A stretch of DNA of 64,000 nt from Eledone cirrhosa (lineage: Eukaryota): positions 199,144,001 through 199,208,000 of the forward strand of contig OZ024740.1 of assembly GCA_964016885.1 (NCBI GenBank), written 5' to 3'. Below, piece by piece: positions 25,999 to 39,029 of this stretch. The notes beneath the pieces are model-generated. The model ran no database searches and had not been told where the DNA came from. It was given only the letters and a program-made list of their open reading frames with translations. Each line of letters begins with the position of its first letter. Position 1 is the first letter of the stretch. The position numbers were made by a program, and so were the translations under genes.

Positions 25999-27649
25999 CT
26001 CTTGGAGCAACAGATATGAACTTTCCCGATATAAGGTATGACTCTCTTTGTTTATTTTTTATATGAATATTGATTGTTTGTTCTTGTATCTCATTCTGTT
26101 ATTTTGCCCGATAAAATATCTATATGTGTCATGTAACTGTGCGCACATATAGTTATTTTTTCATATCCAATTAAGTTCTTAGCACGTGGCTTGAAATCTT
26201 GTCAGAGTTCAACGACCTGCGCACGTATTGTTTTTGGCGGTAGCCTCCTTCCTCCCATTTTCGGGACAGTGTGAGATTTTCTTTGATGGTGATTATCGCT
26301 AAAATTGATGTTGATTTGGTTATCAATATTAATATTATTGGGTACCCACTGAAGATTTATAATAGCCCATTTGAATAAGTATCTGTTGATCTTATACAAG
26401 CTTCTACATAATTTGGTATAATTTCACCCAACTTGTAGAAATCTTATAATGAAACGAGTCGTCTTGGAAATGATATATTTGATATATCTCATATGAAATA
26501 ATACAGCCAATTATACACACAATACAATATAGTTAGCACCCCAAACGTTTAATTAGGAATATACTCAGGTATTTCCTACTGTTTGTTGAGTGAGTTGGAA
26601 TTTGGCCGGAGTATCGCTTTTAGCTTTATCTGATTATGTATTTATATATTACAAACACATACACGAAGATCCACATACAGGCACACAGACAGACACAGCC
26701 CCCACCACCCCTCACCCCCATATATATATATATTGTAAAACATATGAAAGATGGTATCGCATATACAATCTCTGTTTATTTTATCATCATGCTATACACA
26801 TTTCAGAAATATCTAAATGGTTGCGTAATAATCCTTTGACAGGTATTTATGTGTAATATTGTTATTTGGTTTGCTTTTGTGTTTGATATACACGATGTTA
26901 GCATTTCGCCTATAAGTGAGCATATATGCTATATTAACACTTTGACACCTTATAATTCATGCCTTAAGGTACTCACGTTGTGGAGTCCCTACTTCTGATT
27001 AAACTACAATCGGCTGAATGCTTGAACAACCAACACTTTTTACTTTGAGTAATTATATATGTATAAATATATATAATTTTACTTCGAAGATGTTCCTGTT
27101 TAACGCAACTAATATGCCCCATTAACTGTTTACCTTACACAACATCTATATTAAGTTAGAAATCTATATGTAGGTGGTAACATTTCTCTTAATTATATTT
27201 GTGTTCCTTTATACGCTTAAGTCATTAGCCAGCCTCCAAATCGATGTTAACGAACAGAGGGATTGAGTATCATCATCATCGTCATCATAATCACTAGTAG
27301 TAGAAGATGTAGTATATTTTAAACGTACTAGCATCTGCAGAAGTTGTGTAACTATCGTGATTATCCAAGTTAACGAACTTCATAGCCAATAATTAAAGCT
27401 TGTTTCGGACTTATTTAGAATTAAATGTACGTGACACTCTGCATTCTCTCTATTTCTGTCACAAATGCTAACAAATTGGTCATATTCTAGCTCGAAACCT
27501 AATGCATTCAACTTTCAGTGACGCCGTATATTCAAATTGTAATACTAGTTTAGAAGAAAATTCCATTCGAAATGGCTACACCTTAAACGGTTGTCAAATA
27601 ACTGCCGCCCACTTCATCTAATATGTTCGTTTCCATCAATCGGTACACT

Positions 27650-27930
27650 CTTTGAAAATGAGCAACTTCATATTAGAGACGCACTGCGCCATGCTCTCCA
27701 CGTCTGTTAATCACACAGTGGCTGTTGTCCACATATTGTCGACAAGTTTGGACTTCACCTGCTCTCTTGTCATCGGATTGCAGGTCATTTTCGTTGACAC
27801 GCTGGTTTGAATGGCATCATGAAGAGGAACCTTGATAAAGCCGGTTTCTTGTCACAAATGGAGCTGACGTTAAATGCTCAGACGGGTTGAATCCTTCTCG
27901 TCAAACATATGAGACACAACATGCGACACT
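27650..27930 (+). mobile_element. CRE-clade LINE fragment (zinc knuckle to RLE start), degenerate
   Basis: ENEQLHI..ALR..., VDKFGLHLLSC.RIAGHF..HAGLNGIMKRNLDKAGF.SQME. Confidence 0.7.
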
Positions 27931-28860
27931 TTAAATTTGAGAAAGCTGTAGCAATCGTACCAGTCATTTTGTTCTAAAATCGAACAAATTTGAGTTGCAT
28001 ATTTTGCAGTAACATATTATTCAAGTATATATAGTGCTGTATTTTTGTATTAGCTGTTGCTGGTATTGTTATAATGATTATTTTGGAATTCTGCTGTATA
28101 TTAACCTCATGCCATCATTTATCGAGCTTCACTGAAATCACACTTGTTTTATTGGGTTCTGCTTTCATATTTCTCTGACGCAAGTCCAAATCCATCAGCC
28201 TTGGTGGACGTTTTGTACGTCTGATAAAATCTCACGGTATTAGTGGCCTACGCGGATGAGAGCCAAGAATGTCCTTCTTGCGTTGATCTAAACGTGTAGT
28301 GAGATGGCTGTATGAACGTACAATATTTCTAGTTCTAGTTCTCTTATTTTTAAGTCTAGAGTATTGATCAGGGCAGTTGAAAATCTAATCTTCAATCCCC
28401 ATTGTCACTGACGCACTAAGATAATCGAAAATGACCGTATTAGAGGATAGGGCGGATATTCTATTACATTGGTTTATTAAATTTTTGAAAAATATACTTT
28501 GTTTACATGATATGCCATGTATGCAACTCGGCTGTTTAATGGGTTTGTGTTAAGTTTTAAAATGGTTACACTTCTCCACCAACAGTCTAAATATGAGGGC
28601 AGTTTTCTTCCGAATTATCACACTTACCTTCCTCTTTACGAGATCTATGAATACATCCATTTCTCTATATGTTTATTATACTTTTTAATTCACTTTTTGA
28701 ATCTCTTTAACAGTCGAAGGAAAAGAACGCAACGATTACAAAACTCTCTCAACAACGATAACTCTCGGATAAATATATTGATTGTTGTTATCTATAAAGG
28801 ACTGCTGCTTTCATATCAAAATTAGTTGATACGCGACTAAATGTGTGTGTGTGTGTGTGT

Positions 28861-28897
<37 letters not shown>

Positions 28898-29039
28898 TGT
28901 ACATGTGTGTGTGTGTATGTGTGTGTTCAACCTCCGCCGTTTCCAACAGCGTGTTTTCCTATTGACCGAATATCGCACGTAAAATTCAACAAGTAGATTG
29001 CTGACTATTACACATACAGTTGATATAGTTATCATGCCC

Positions 29040-29215
29040 CCTAACATAATATGTCAGAAACCTGGTCCTTTAAAATGCAAGTACAACAGATTTGTACCAG
29101 CTGAGCTGATTGGAGCAACGGTAGATAAAATGCTTTGTTCACAGGCAGGATATATTGCCGAGAATCGAAATCATTATTTCATGATATCAAGTGGTATATT
29201 CTAACCACTAAGTCT
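29040..29215 (-). mobile_element. Degenerate SINE-like repeat (second family; a related remnant lies near 51460-51720)
   Basis: Minus strand begins with a tRNA-like cttagtggttag...ttcgattctcgg head and shares tggagcaa with the 51680 region. Confidence 0.4.
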
Positions 29216-29475
29216 CACGTCATTCCTTCCTCAGAGCTAGTTGATCACTTTATATTGTTTTTGCCACAGGCTCTAACCAGTTAAACTGAAGTATTTTATT
29301 AATTGCCTGTCATTCCTATAAACTTAGTGTTGATTTTCACTGTTAATAGACTTCCCCTTTGTCGAATTTTAAGGAATATTGTGTTATGAAGTTATATTTG
29401 CTAACATTTGTAGTATTAGCGGAAATAGCGGTAGTGGTAGTGGTATTAGAAGTGGTTGAGAAACTGGTTGTTGTG

Positions 29476-29508
<33 letters not shown>

Positions 29509-30299
29509 TTCAATCCGTCCTTATGCAATACAACCAGGTAATTATGAAGAATCTTTCAAATGTTCTTGAGCGAAAATAGGAATGAAGCAGGGAAATATTC
29601 TACAGCACCTGAGCTTATATTCAATCCAAGTACTTTGGCATTCATATGAAACAAATTATGAATAGATTACCGAAAGTGTTGTATACGCATCCATTTGCAT
29701 TTGTACTCGTCGTTTACATTCTAATTAACTAACCACTAATTAACAAGTTTTAGGCATGTATCTAGATGCGTGAACATCGGACTGATTTAAGAAACATTGA
29801 GAAAATGTGTAATGAAGTCGCCGAGCATCAGAGAGTTGCGAGGTTTGAATCTTTGTAGGTCTTTTTGTCCACTTTTATTCCATCTCGTGAGATATCAATA
29901 TCAAAGTTAAATAGGAGGTAGTAAGGAACGTATCACTGATTATAGCAGCAGTAACACTAGTGATAATTGAACCAGGCTAGTTACTAGAGAATACGTATTA
30001 AGAGGACAGGCAAAAGTGAGAATTCATGTTGAGATGTAGAAATAAAATCAGATAAAATAAAATTATTTTGAAGATAGAATGATGACCATTAAATAAATAG
30101 CACATGAGTATATATCAGCAGGATAACATTAAAATTATAGAAAAAGATGCAAAACAAAAACAACACCCCTCTCATCCCCCCGCAAAAAAGGATGAGATAG
30201 GTTAAAAGTACCAAGATTGATGATCTTACAGAGAGATTAAATGTGTTAAAAACGCAGCACCATATAAGCCTTATTTTATCTATTTGATTGTAATCAGAG

Positions 30300-31500
30300 A
30301 ACTGAATACAGTGTATGAAGTGTTGTATGTGTCTCTCTAGTTTTTGGGGGTTGCAAAAAAATATGATCCACCGAAACTCAGCTGTTTCGGATCACACCAA
30401 AATCAACATACTGATTGCAGATTTAGTCCGGGTCATGAGAAACGTGTCCCGCTTGTGCAACCCCAAAGAACTAGAGAGACATACAACACTTAATCCACCG
30501 TATGCAGTTCTCTGGTTACAATCAGAGTGATACAATCAGAATATATAGAGGAGCCAGAACCAAATGGGAAAAAATGGTAAATAATGATACAAATGGGACC
30601 TTCCCCTTGTACGGGAGCAAATTTTGGAATAGAATAGAAAGAACCTGGAATAAGGTTAATAGAATAAACTCATGGTATGATAGCAATACATACCAGAGTG
30701 TAATGTTCATCAATACAACCCTTAGATGTGAATTAGCTTACAAATTTAGAAGGGCCCTAGATAAACTTAAACTAAATATTAAGATAGTAGAAAGACCAGG
30801 TACCTCCATAAAAACACATATTAGTAATACATACCCTTTTCAAAGACCTCCCTGTATAGATAAGAAATACATAATCTGTAAACTAAGCCCCCATATTAAC
30901 TGTAAAACTAGAAACATAGTATATAGCATAAGATGTACTGAAGGACAATGTAAATATAAGAATATAGTTTAAATAGGTGAAATAGCTCGTAGTATAGGAG
31001 ATCGATTCAATGAACACAGGCGAGAGCTTCAAGATAGAAAAGAGTCATCAGTACTCCACCAACATGCTAAAATAGAACATATGGGCAAATAAGAGAACAT
31101 AGAAATGAAAATAAAATCTACACACAGAAAAGACGCAATGTTTAGACAGTTCACAGAGGCAATACACATAAATGAACTCCAACAAAAATTAAATAGAATA
31201 CATGCATGGAATAGCAACATCACAACTTAAAATTAAGGACAAAATGAAAACACTCACACATAGAACAAAGAACCCACCAGCAACATGTAAATAAACAAAT
31301 AAATAAACAAATAAAAACAAACACATGCGCAAACTAAGCACACAACACACACAAAAACAATATGGCGTAGGACAGAACACAGGAGAGCCACAAAACAAAG
31401 TAAAGAATCCCCCGTCAATGAAGAGGTTACAGAATGTGTGACGAAAGAACTTTGACAATATATGAACAACCGTCCGGTTGTAGAACCAACCAACCAACCA
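30300..31500 (+). mobile_element. 3' fragment of a different PLE lineage (CCHH-type GIY-YIG) with 3' UTR and a degenerate HHR-like motif (~31411-31454)
   Basis: FSGY..PLY...W..VMFI..T..EL..KIVERPG...C...C....C.TRNIVY.I.C...C...IGE..RS...RF.EH...SVL.QH...EH. UTR motif gtca-ATGAAGA-ggttaca..tgtgac-GAAA..tgac. Confidence 0.8.
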
Positions 31501-31608
31501 ACCGAAAATTTATAAATCTTTTTAATTTATAAATTTAATTCATAATAAATTGGATTTAAACAGCTGGTGCGTGCGTTTCTTACTGGCAACATGACCCTCC
31601 CAAACTAT

Positions 31609-31615
<7 letters not shown>
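31500..31615 (-). repeat. Fragment of an interspersed repeat (atattgttata.tt.gggagggtcat family), also at 41815-42075 and 45903-46080
   Basis: All three share catgaccctccc.aa.tataacaatat abutting (TA)n. Confidence 0.7.
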
Positions 31616-31661
<46 letters not shown>

Positions 31662-31704
31662 TATATGTGTGTGTGTGTATGTATGCATATATACACACAC
31701 ACAC

Positions 31705-31745
<41 letters not shown>

Positions 31746-31859
31746 AATATATATATATGTGTGTGTGTATGTATGCATATATACACACACACACATATAC
31801 ATACATATATATATGTATATATATGTATGTATATATATATATATGTATATATATTTACG

Positions 31860-31893
<34 letters not shown>

Positions 31894-31929
31894 TATGTAT
31901 GTATATATATATATATACATATACATATG

Positions 31930-31974
<45 letters not shown>

Positions 31975-31980
<6 letters not shown>

Positions 31981-32894
31981 TCGTAGAGAGGGGGGGGGTG
32001 AAATAGAGTGATATGGATAGATAGGTCTGTGTGTACATATGTATGTATATATGTATATAAACAGAAGCTGAAAAACTACGTTCTCATGAATGAAATTCTA
32101 TGACATCAATAGAAACAAAAGACGCAAAGGTTTTGTAGAATATATATTAAAGTAGATGTGTGCATTTGTCCGAGAATGCCCTGCATTTATAATCAGGCCA
32201 ACATTGCTGAAATAAATGATTTGTATTAGATTTGACAATTGAAAAACAAATTATTGTGTACTATGTTCATAAATAATGGAATGCCTTCAACAAACATCGG
32301 CTTGTATGTTCGTATGCACAAACAATCACACACACAAACACATTATCAATTGCTATTCAGTATACTCTCTTTTGAAGTAAAAAAATATATGCAAACTTCA
32401 TGGAAATATACGAATCAATGATTAAATAGGTTTAATTCATAAACATATATTTATAACACTAACTCCCAAACATAGTTTTCAATATATACAAATTATATAA
32501 AGAATATTCTCGTGATATCTCCAATGGATGTTGGTATTTTTTATTTCAATGATGTTTATATATTCTGAAGTTGACCTCGCCAAATTATCTGTAATATTAA
32601 GATTTACTTAAATACTAGACAACTCGGGACACGTTGGGTCACGTTCGCTTCAAAATATATTTTTTTACATCATGTTTACTTGAACATAATTTTTAAATAA
32701 TTAAAATATAGACAGACATGCATATAATGTGAAATGAAACTGGAAGGCCCATATATATACGTGTGTGTATATATATAAAGTTGTGCATATATATATTTAT
32801 ATATATGTGTGTGTGTGTGTATGTGGGTGTATGTGATCTGTATATACACTGGCCATAGACACACACATATATATATATACACAACACCAACATC

Positions 32895-32958
<64 letters not shown>

Positions 32959-33896
32959 ATCTTTCTCTCTGTTTATGAAAGTACCCGGAATAAACCCCGT
33001 ATCTCGGAACCCCGTGGACAGATTTACGCGAAACTTGTTTAATTCCATTTGTATTCCCATTTCAGGGTCAACTTCCTTTCAAATTAGTTTCCTATTATGC
33101 ACCCTTTCGGTTGTATTACATTACAGACAAGCAAGCAAGCCAGCAATCACAGAATTTTAGTAGTATATAGATATGAAACATTCCATTTTACATATCTTAT
33201 AAACGTACCAATTGAATTTAATAATTCATTTTATTAAATACCATGTTGACACTACAATTGCGGTTTATTTATTGCTTTAATAAAAGCATCTTTTAATATT
33301 GTCTTTCTCCCATCTTTGAATATTTTTGTTAGTAGACTAATATAAACAATTTGAAATGTATTTGTAGTTAAGTAGATATATTATGTTATATCCAACAAAG
33401 TTTTATATGAGTGTCAATGGAAATCCATGATGATCTCATTTGTCGTGTGTACCTATATTCCGTTTAATTGCAGTATTCTTAATGAAAAACAATGCCCTCT
33501 TGTTACTATCAATTTTTAAAATAATCAAGAATTTGCAGGGAGTTACACGAAATAACTAATTTACACATTATAAATATGAAGTTTGAAACAAAAGGTAAAA
33601 TTTCTTATAACAAAATTTGATACAAAGCTTTTAAATAAAATAAACAGTTTAGTATCGTAGAGACTAGAGTTGTTTCAGGTATTTTTACAGCGAATTTACA
33701 GTTTGAGTGCCAAGTACACTATATTATATGATCTATCTCGCTGCTCAGGGATCACATTCCACTCTGAAAACTTTTCTTTTACACATTCGTTGCCAATAAA
33801 TTGAAGCGCCTTTCCATTTTCATGGATTAGAGGGAATTGCATAGCGCGTTTGGCCAAGCTATCTCTGTACTGCATTTCAAGGATATATATATATAA

Positions 33897-33972
<76 letters not shown>

Positions 33973-34882
33973 TCGTAGAGAGGTGGGGGGGGGGAGTGAA
34001 ATAGAGTGATATCCATAGATAGGTCTGTGTGTACATATGTATGTATATATGTATATAAACAGAAGCTGAAAAACTACGTTCTCATGAATGAAATTCTATG
34101 ACATCAATAGAAACAAAAGACGCACAGGTTTTGTAGAATATATATTAAAGTAGATGTGTGCATTTGTCTGAGAATGCCCTGCATTTATATTCAGGCCAAC
34201 ATTGCTGAAATAAATGATTTGTATTAGATTTGACAATTGAAAAACAAATTATTGTGTACTATGTTCATAAATAATGGAATGCCTTCAACAAACATCGGCT
34301 TGTATGTTCGTATGCACAAACAATCACACACACAAACACATTATCAAGTGCTATTCAGTATACTCTCTTTTGAAGTAAAAAAATATATGCAAACTTCATG
34401 GAAATATACGAATCAATGATTAAATAGGTTTAATTCATAAACATATATTTATAACACTAACTCCCAAACATAGTTTTCAATATATACAAATTATATAAAG
34501 AATATTCTCGTGATATCTCCAATGGATGTTGGTATTTTTTATTTCAATGATGTTTATATATTCTGAAGTTGACCTCGCAAAAATATCTGTAATATTAAGA
34601 TTTACTTAAATACTAGACAACTCGGGACACGTTGGGTCACGTTCGCTTCAAAATATATTTTTTTACATCATGTTTACTTGAACATAATTTTTAAATAATT
34701 AAAATATAGACAGGCATGCATATAATGTGAAATGAAACTAGAAGGCCCATATATATAAAGTTGTGCATATATATATTTATATATATCTGTGTGTGTGTGT
34801 ATGTGGGTGTATGTGATCTGTATATACACTGGCCATAGACACACACATATATATATATACACAACACCAACATCAGCTCTCT

Positions 34883-34933
<51 letters not shown>

Positions 34934-35864
34934 TCACTCTCCATCTTTCTCTCTGTTTATGAAAGTACCCGGAATAAACCCCGTATCTCGGAACCCCGTG
35001 GACAGATTTACGCGAAACTTGTTTAATTCCATTTGTATTCCCATTTCAGGGTCAACTTCCTTTCAAATTAGTTTCCTATTATGCACCCTTTCGGTTGTAT
35101 TACATTACAGACAAGCAAGCAAGCCAGCAATCACAGAATTTTAGTAGTATATAGATATGACACATTCCATTTTACATATCTTATAAACGTACCAATTGAA
35201 TTTAATAATTCATTTTATTAAATACCATGTTGACACTACAATTGCGGTTTATTTATTGCTTTAATAAAAGCATCTTTTAATATTGTCTTTCTCCCATCTT
35301 TGAATATTTTTGTTAGTAGACTAATATAAACAATTTGAAATGTATTTGTAGTTAAGTAGATATATTATGTTATATCCAACAAAGTTTTATATGAGTGTCA
35401 ATGGAAATCCATGATGATCTCATTTGTCGTGTGTACCTATATTCCGTTTAATTGCAGTATTCTTAATGAAAAACAATGCCCTCTTGTTACTATCAATTTT
35501 TAAAATAATCAAGAATTTGCAGGGAGTTACATGAAATAACTAATTTACACATTATAAATATGAAGTTTGAAACAAAAGGTAAAATTTCTTATAACAAAAT
35601 TTGATACAAAGCTTTTAAATAAAATAAACAGTTTAGTATCGTAGAGACTAGAGTTGTTTCAGGTATTTTTACAGCGAATTTACAGTTTGAGTGCCAAGTA
35701 CACTATATTATATGATCTATCTCGCTGCTCAGGGATCACATTCCACTCTGAAAACTTTTCTTTTATACATTCATTGCCAATAAATTGAAGCGCCTTTCCA
35801 TTTTCATGGATTAGAGGGAATTGCATAGCGCGTTTGGCCAAGCTATCTCTGTACTGCAATTCAA

Positions 35865-35870
<6 letters not shown>
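31975..35870. repeat. Tandem duplication of a ~1.9-kb unit (31975-33885, 33967-35868), each copy bounded by (TA)n
   Basis: Identical or near-identical ORF pairs (32239/34237, 32975/34959). Only scattered substitutions and microsatellite-length differences. Confidence 0.95.
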
Positions 35871-35952
<82 letters not shown>

Positions 35953-36127
35953 GTGAGGTATTTTTACAAAATAAGAAAACCACGTGTGCTACATGAGTGA
36001 GAGTATAACGAAAAAAGATGAAATCGAAAATACAACTGCAGTATTTTTTTTTTTAATATATTTATTTGGTTCCTTTACCAGTTTCGCAGTTCTTGTGTTT
36101 CGCAAAAGTAGAATTGAGATGGAGGGA

Positions 36128-36560
36128 TAAGGACGCACTTCAGCGCTACTGGTAACATGTAACCCAGTACAATTTGTGCAGTTTGGGTCGCCGGCGACTA
36201 CACCGGCAGCTACACTTAGGTTGCTTTGTGAGGAGTGTGATTTGGGCACCCAGCGGGATGAAAATCAAAACCCGTCAAAGGGCGGTAGAACACAGGAAAT
36301 TCGATGGCCATCCAATAATTAATTGTTTTGTGAAGCGAGAGACTACTAGTTTTCATTAAGACATCCTTCAATGTTCAGGCAGTGGGATTGGCCCCGTTTA
36401 AAGCCTTTCCTCCCTTAAAATAGCTTCAAGCACAGACATCGCTTGATATGTGACATATTTTGCAATGCAAGGTATTGATGGCAAGTCCCTAGCAAGAGTA
36501 AAAGGCAACGTCCGTATCAAGGGATTGTATTACTTGAAATCGAGTTACAGTCATCATATA
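36128..36560 (+). mobile_element. RTE-tailed non-autonomous retroposon (copy D)
   Basis: Family head gctactggtaacatgtaacccagtac and 3' end tacttgaaatcgagttacagtcatcat. Confidence 0.75.
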
Positions 36561-36661
36561 CATACAGATACATACATACATAAACACATACATACACACA
36601 ACATACATGCACAAACACACACACACACAAACACAGATACACACACGTACACGTGTGCGCG

Positions 36662-36706
<45 letters not shown>

Positions 36707-36834
36707 CTGTTAGACACGCAGTGACTAACAACAGAATGTTTTAAGTCTGCGTGTCTGACATATATGCGTAGCTTGTGAATAAAAAATTCAAGGGGTGTCG
36801 CTGGCCGTGGTGATCCCTGCCAAACAGGTTTTGT

Positions 36835-37011
36835 AATGTATCGTCTTATTGTCTAATTTCATCGTCTTATTGGCTAATCAACCAACGAGAGTAATTGTTG
36901 CTCAAAAGCATCCGTCATTTTGTTTGCACGTTTATTTATCATTTCGCTTTCGAATCTTCTTCCTGTATTTCGTCGTTTATCATCAACATATTTTTTCTCG
37001 TTTCGGTAAGT
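36835..37011 (+). promoter_or_regulatory. Possible Pol II promoter and non-coding first exon
   Basis: Duplicated atcgtcttattg with an inverted CCAAT (attgg, ~36869), YY1-like ccgtcatttt (~36912), local CpG retention and a consensus donor cg|gtaagt at 37006, followed by very AT-rich DNA. Confidence 0.3.
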
Positions 37012-37449
37012 AATATTCTTAATTTATAAATGATTTTTTAAATTTATATTAACTATTTTTTTTTTCAATTCGTTATAACATATTGGTTGTATCATATTTA
37101 CTTGTATATTTTCCCATATTATTGTTCGTTTTATGTTAGATTATTTTATTATTATTATGTTCGATTATTATGTTATTATTATGTTAGACTATTTGTATGT
37201 AATATTTAATTTTTATTAATTCAACTATAACAATTATTATGTAAAATATATTTATTTAATATTGATTGTTTTTTGAAGTTGTTTATATTAAAAGTCTGAA
37301 AATATTTTGATACATCTTACAATAATATTTATAAGATCATTTATAAAATAACAATTATATAATCTAATTACATTACAACGATAATTTGCTATTAATATAT
37401 ATCATGTTTAACTAGAGTTATTAAAAGCGTTGCCTTAAAAAAATATTAA

Positions 37450-37890
37450 ACTAGACCTGAAAAATGCGCAAGCTCAAAAGAGCCACAGAATGTTATAATA
37501 AACCTTCAAAGTGTGGGACCAAAGTTGTTGCTCAAAAATATTGTAATCATTATCTATCACACATTCTGAGGCATGCTTTTATAAAAAAAAGAGACTCACA
37601 ACGAACTCAAGACGTCACGATAATTATTTAAGTGAATTTATAATATAGAATTCGGTTTAAGTGCATTTCGTATTAATCATTACTAAACATCTAATATGAG
37701 ATATTGAACATTAACTTAAATAATTATCGTGTCGTCTTGAGTTCGTTATGAGTCTATTTTTTATAAAAGGATGCCACAGAGTGTACGATAGATATTTTTG
37801 AGCAACAACTCTAGTCCCAAACTTTAGAAGGTTTATTATAACATTCTGTGGCTCTTTTGAGCTTGCGCATTTTTCAGTAAGTTCTAGTTA
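37450..37890. mobile_element. Fold-back/MITE-like element: ~165-180-bp imperfect inverted arms (37457-37634 / 37714-37877) with ~80-bp spacer
   Basis: ctgaaaaatgcgcaagctcaaaagagccacagaatg... versus ...cattctgtggctcttttgagcttgcgcatttttcag. No TSD is evident. Confidence 0.75.
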
Positions 37891-38657
37891 ACTTTATTTA
37901 GTTACCTACCTAGCTATGTGTGCTTGCTTTATATGTTTATTTATATGTTAATCAATTTCTAGTTGTTATAAAATGGTCGGACCTATTCATTAGAATCTTG
38001 GAGCCTATTTTACGGGTGATATGGCGCATGCTTTTCTGGCATGACACCCATAATTTTGATTTAGATTAAATTCACTTTGATTTATCTTAATTTTGGATAT
38101 AGATATATAAATACGGCTCCTTAATTATAGAGCTAGCTCTGTTGAAAGGACTTGACTGCTGTTTCTAGTTGTCGGTAACCCTATTCACGCCACTGGGACG
38201 AAGCTGATATGAAGTGTGTGTTTTTAGTAGATACAGCACGTGTTACTGGCCAGTCACTGATTTGAACTTAATGCGTAAACACACATGGCTGGACTTCTTC
38301 CTTGTTGAAAATCCAAGTTTCGGCCTCCGTGGTTTACCATTCGATTAATTAGTGAAATATATTTCTTTAATGGAATATATACAGGGAAGATTAATCATAT
38401 TATAAGCTATCTATTTTTGAAGTTCTAGTTAACTTTATTTAGTTACCAACCTAGCTATGTCTGCTTGCACACATGTAAAAATGATCCCCTGTGATTGTTT
38501 CATATGTTTATTTATGTGTTAATCAATTTCTAGTTGTTATAAAATGCTCGGACCTACTCATTAGAATCTTGGAGCTTATTTTACGGGTAATATGGCGCAT
38601 GCTTTTCTGGCATGACACCCATTATTTTGATTTAGATTAAATTCACTTTGACTTATC

Positions 38658-38665
<8 letters not shown>
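37879..38665. repeat. Local direct duplication (~37879-38095 and ~38420-38665)
   Basis: aagttctagttaactttatttagttacc...cactttga.ttatcttaatttt occurs twice; the second copy has a ~30-bp extra segment. Confidence 0.88.
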
Positions 38666-38751
<86 letters not shown>

Positions 38752-38752
<1 letters not shown>

Positions 38753-38849
38753 ATGGCTTCTACATGACTAGAACTGTATCATTCGTGAGAAATCATCAGG
38801 AGCCCTGATGATTTCTCCCGAATGAAACAGTTCTAGTTCAGTAGAAGCC

Positions 38850-38852
<3 letters not shown>
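38752..38852. ncRNA. ~100-bp palindrome of two divergent hammerhead cores embedded in (TA)n
   Basis: ...tcatcagg-agc-cCTGATGAtttctcccgaatGAAACagttctagttcaGTAgaag; same family as 62793-62913. Confidence 0.8.
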
Positions 38853-38886
<34 letters not shown>

Positions 38887-39029
38887 ATATATTTTCTTGA
38901 CTTCTAAGTAGGTACTTTTGCACGTCAATAACGGGAACATAGTTTGTTTGAAGTAGCAGTTTATATATTCCAATAATTAAGCACTCCTTTGATAAGCGTA
39001 TGAAATGTTTAATATAAACATTTGAATAC

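Noticed and set aside
33696-33880. Possible coding exon ([15 protein letters not shown]...) in the duplicated unit
   Set aside because: No recognisable domain, the 5' side is microsatellite, and there is no supporting exon chain.
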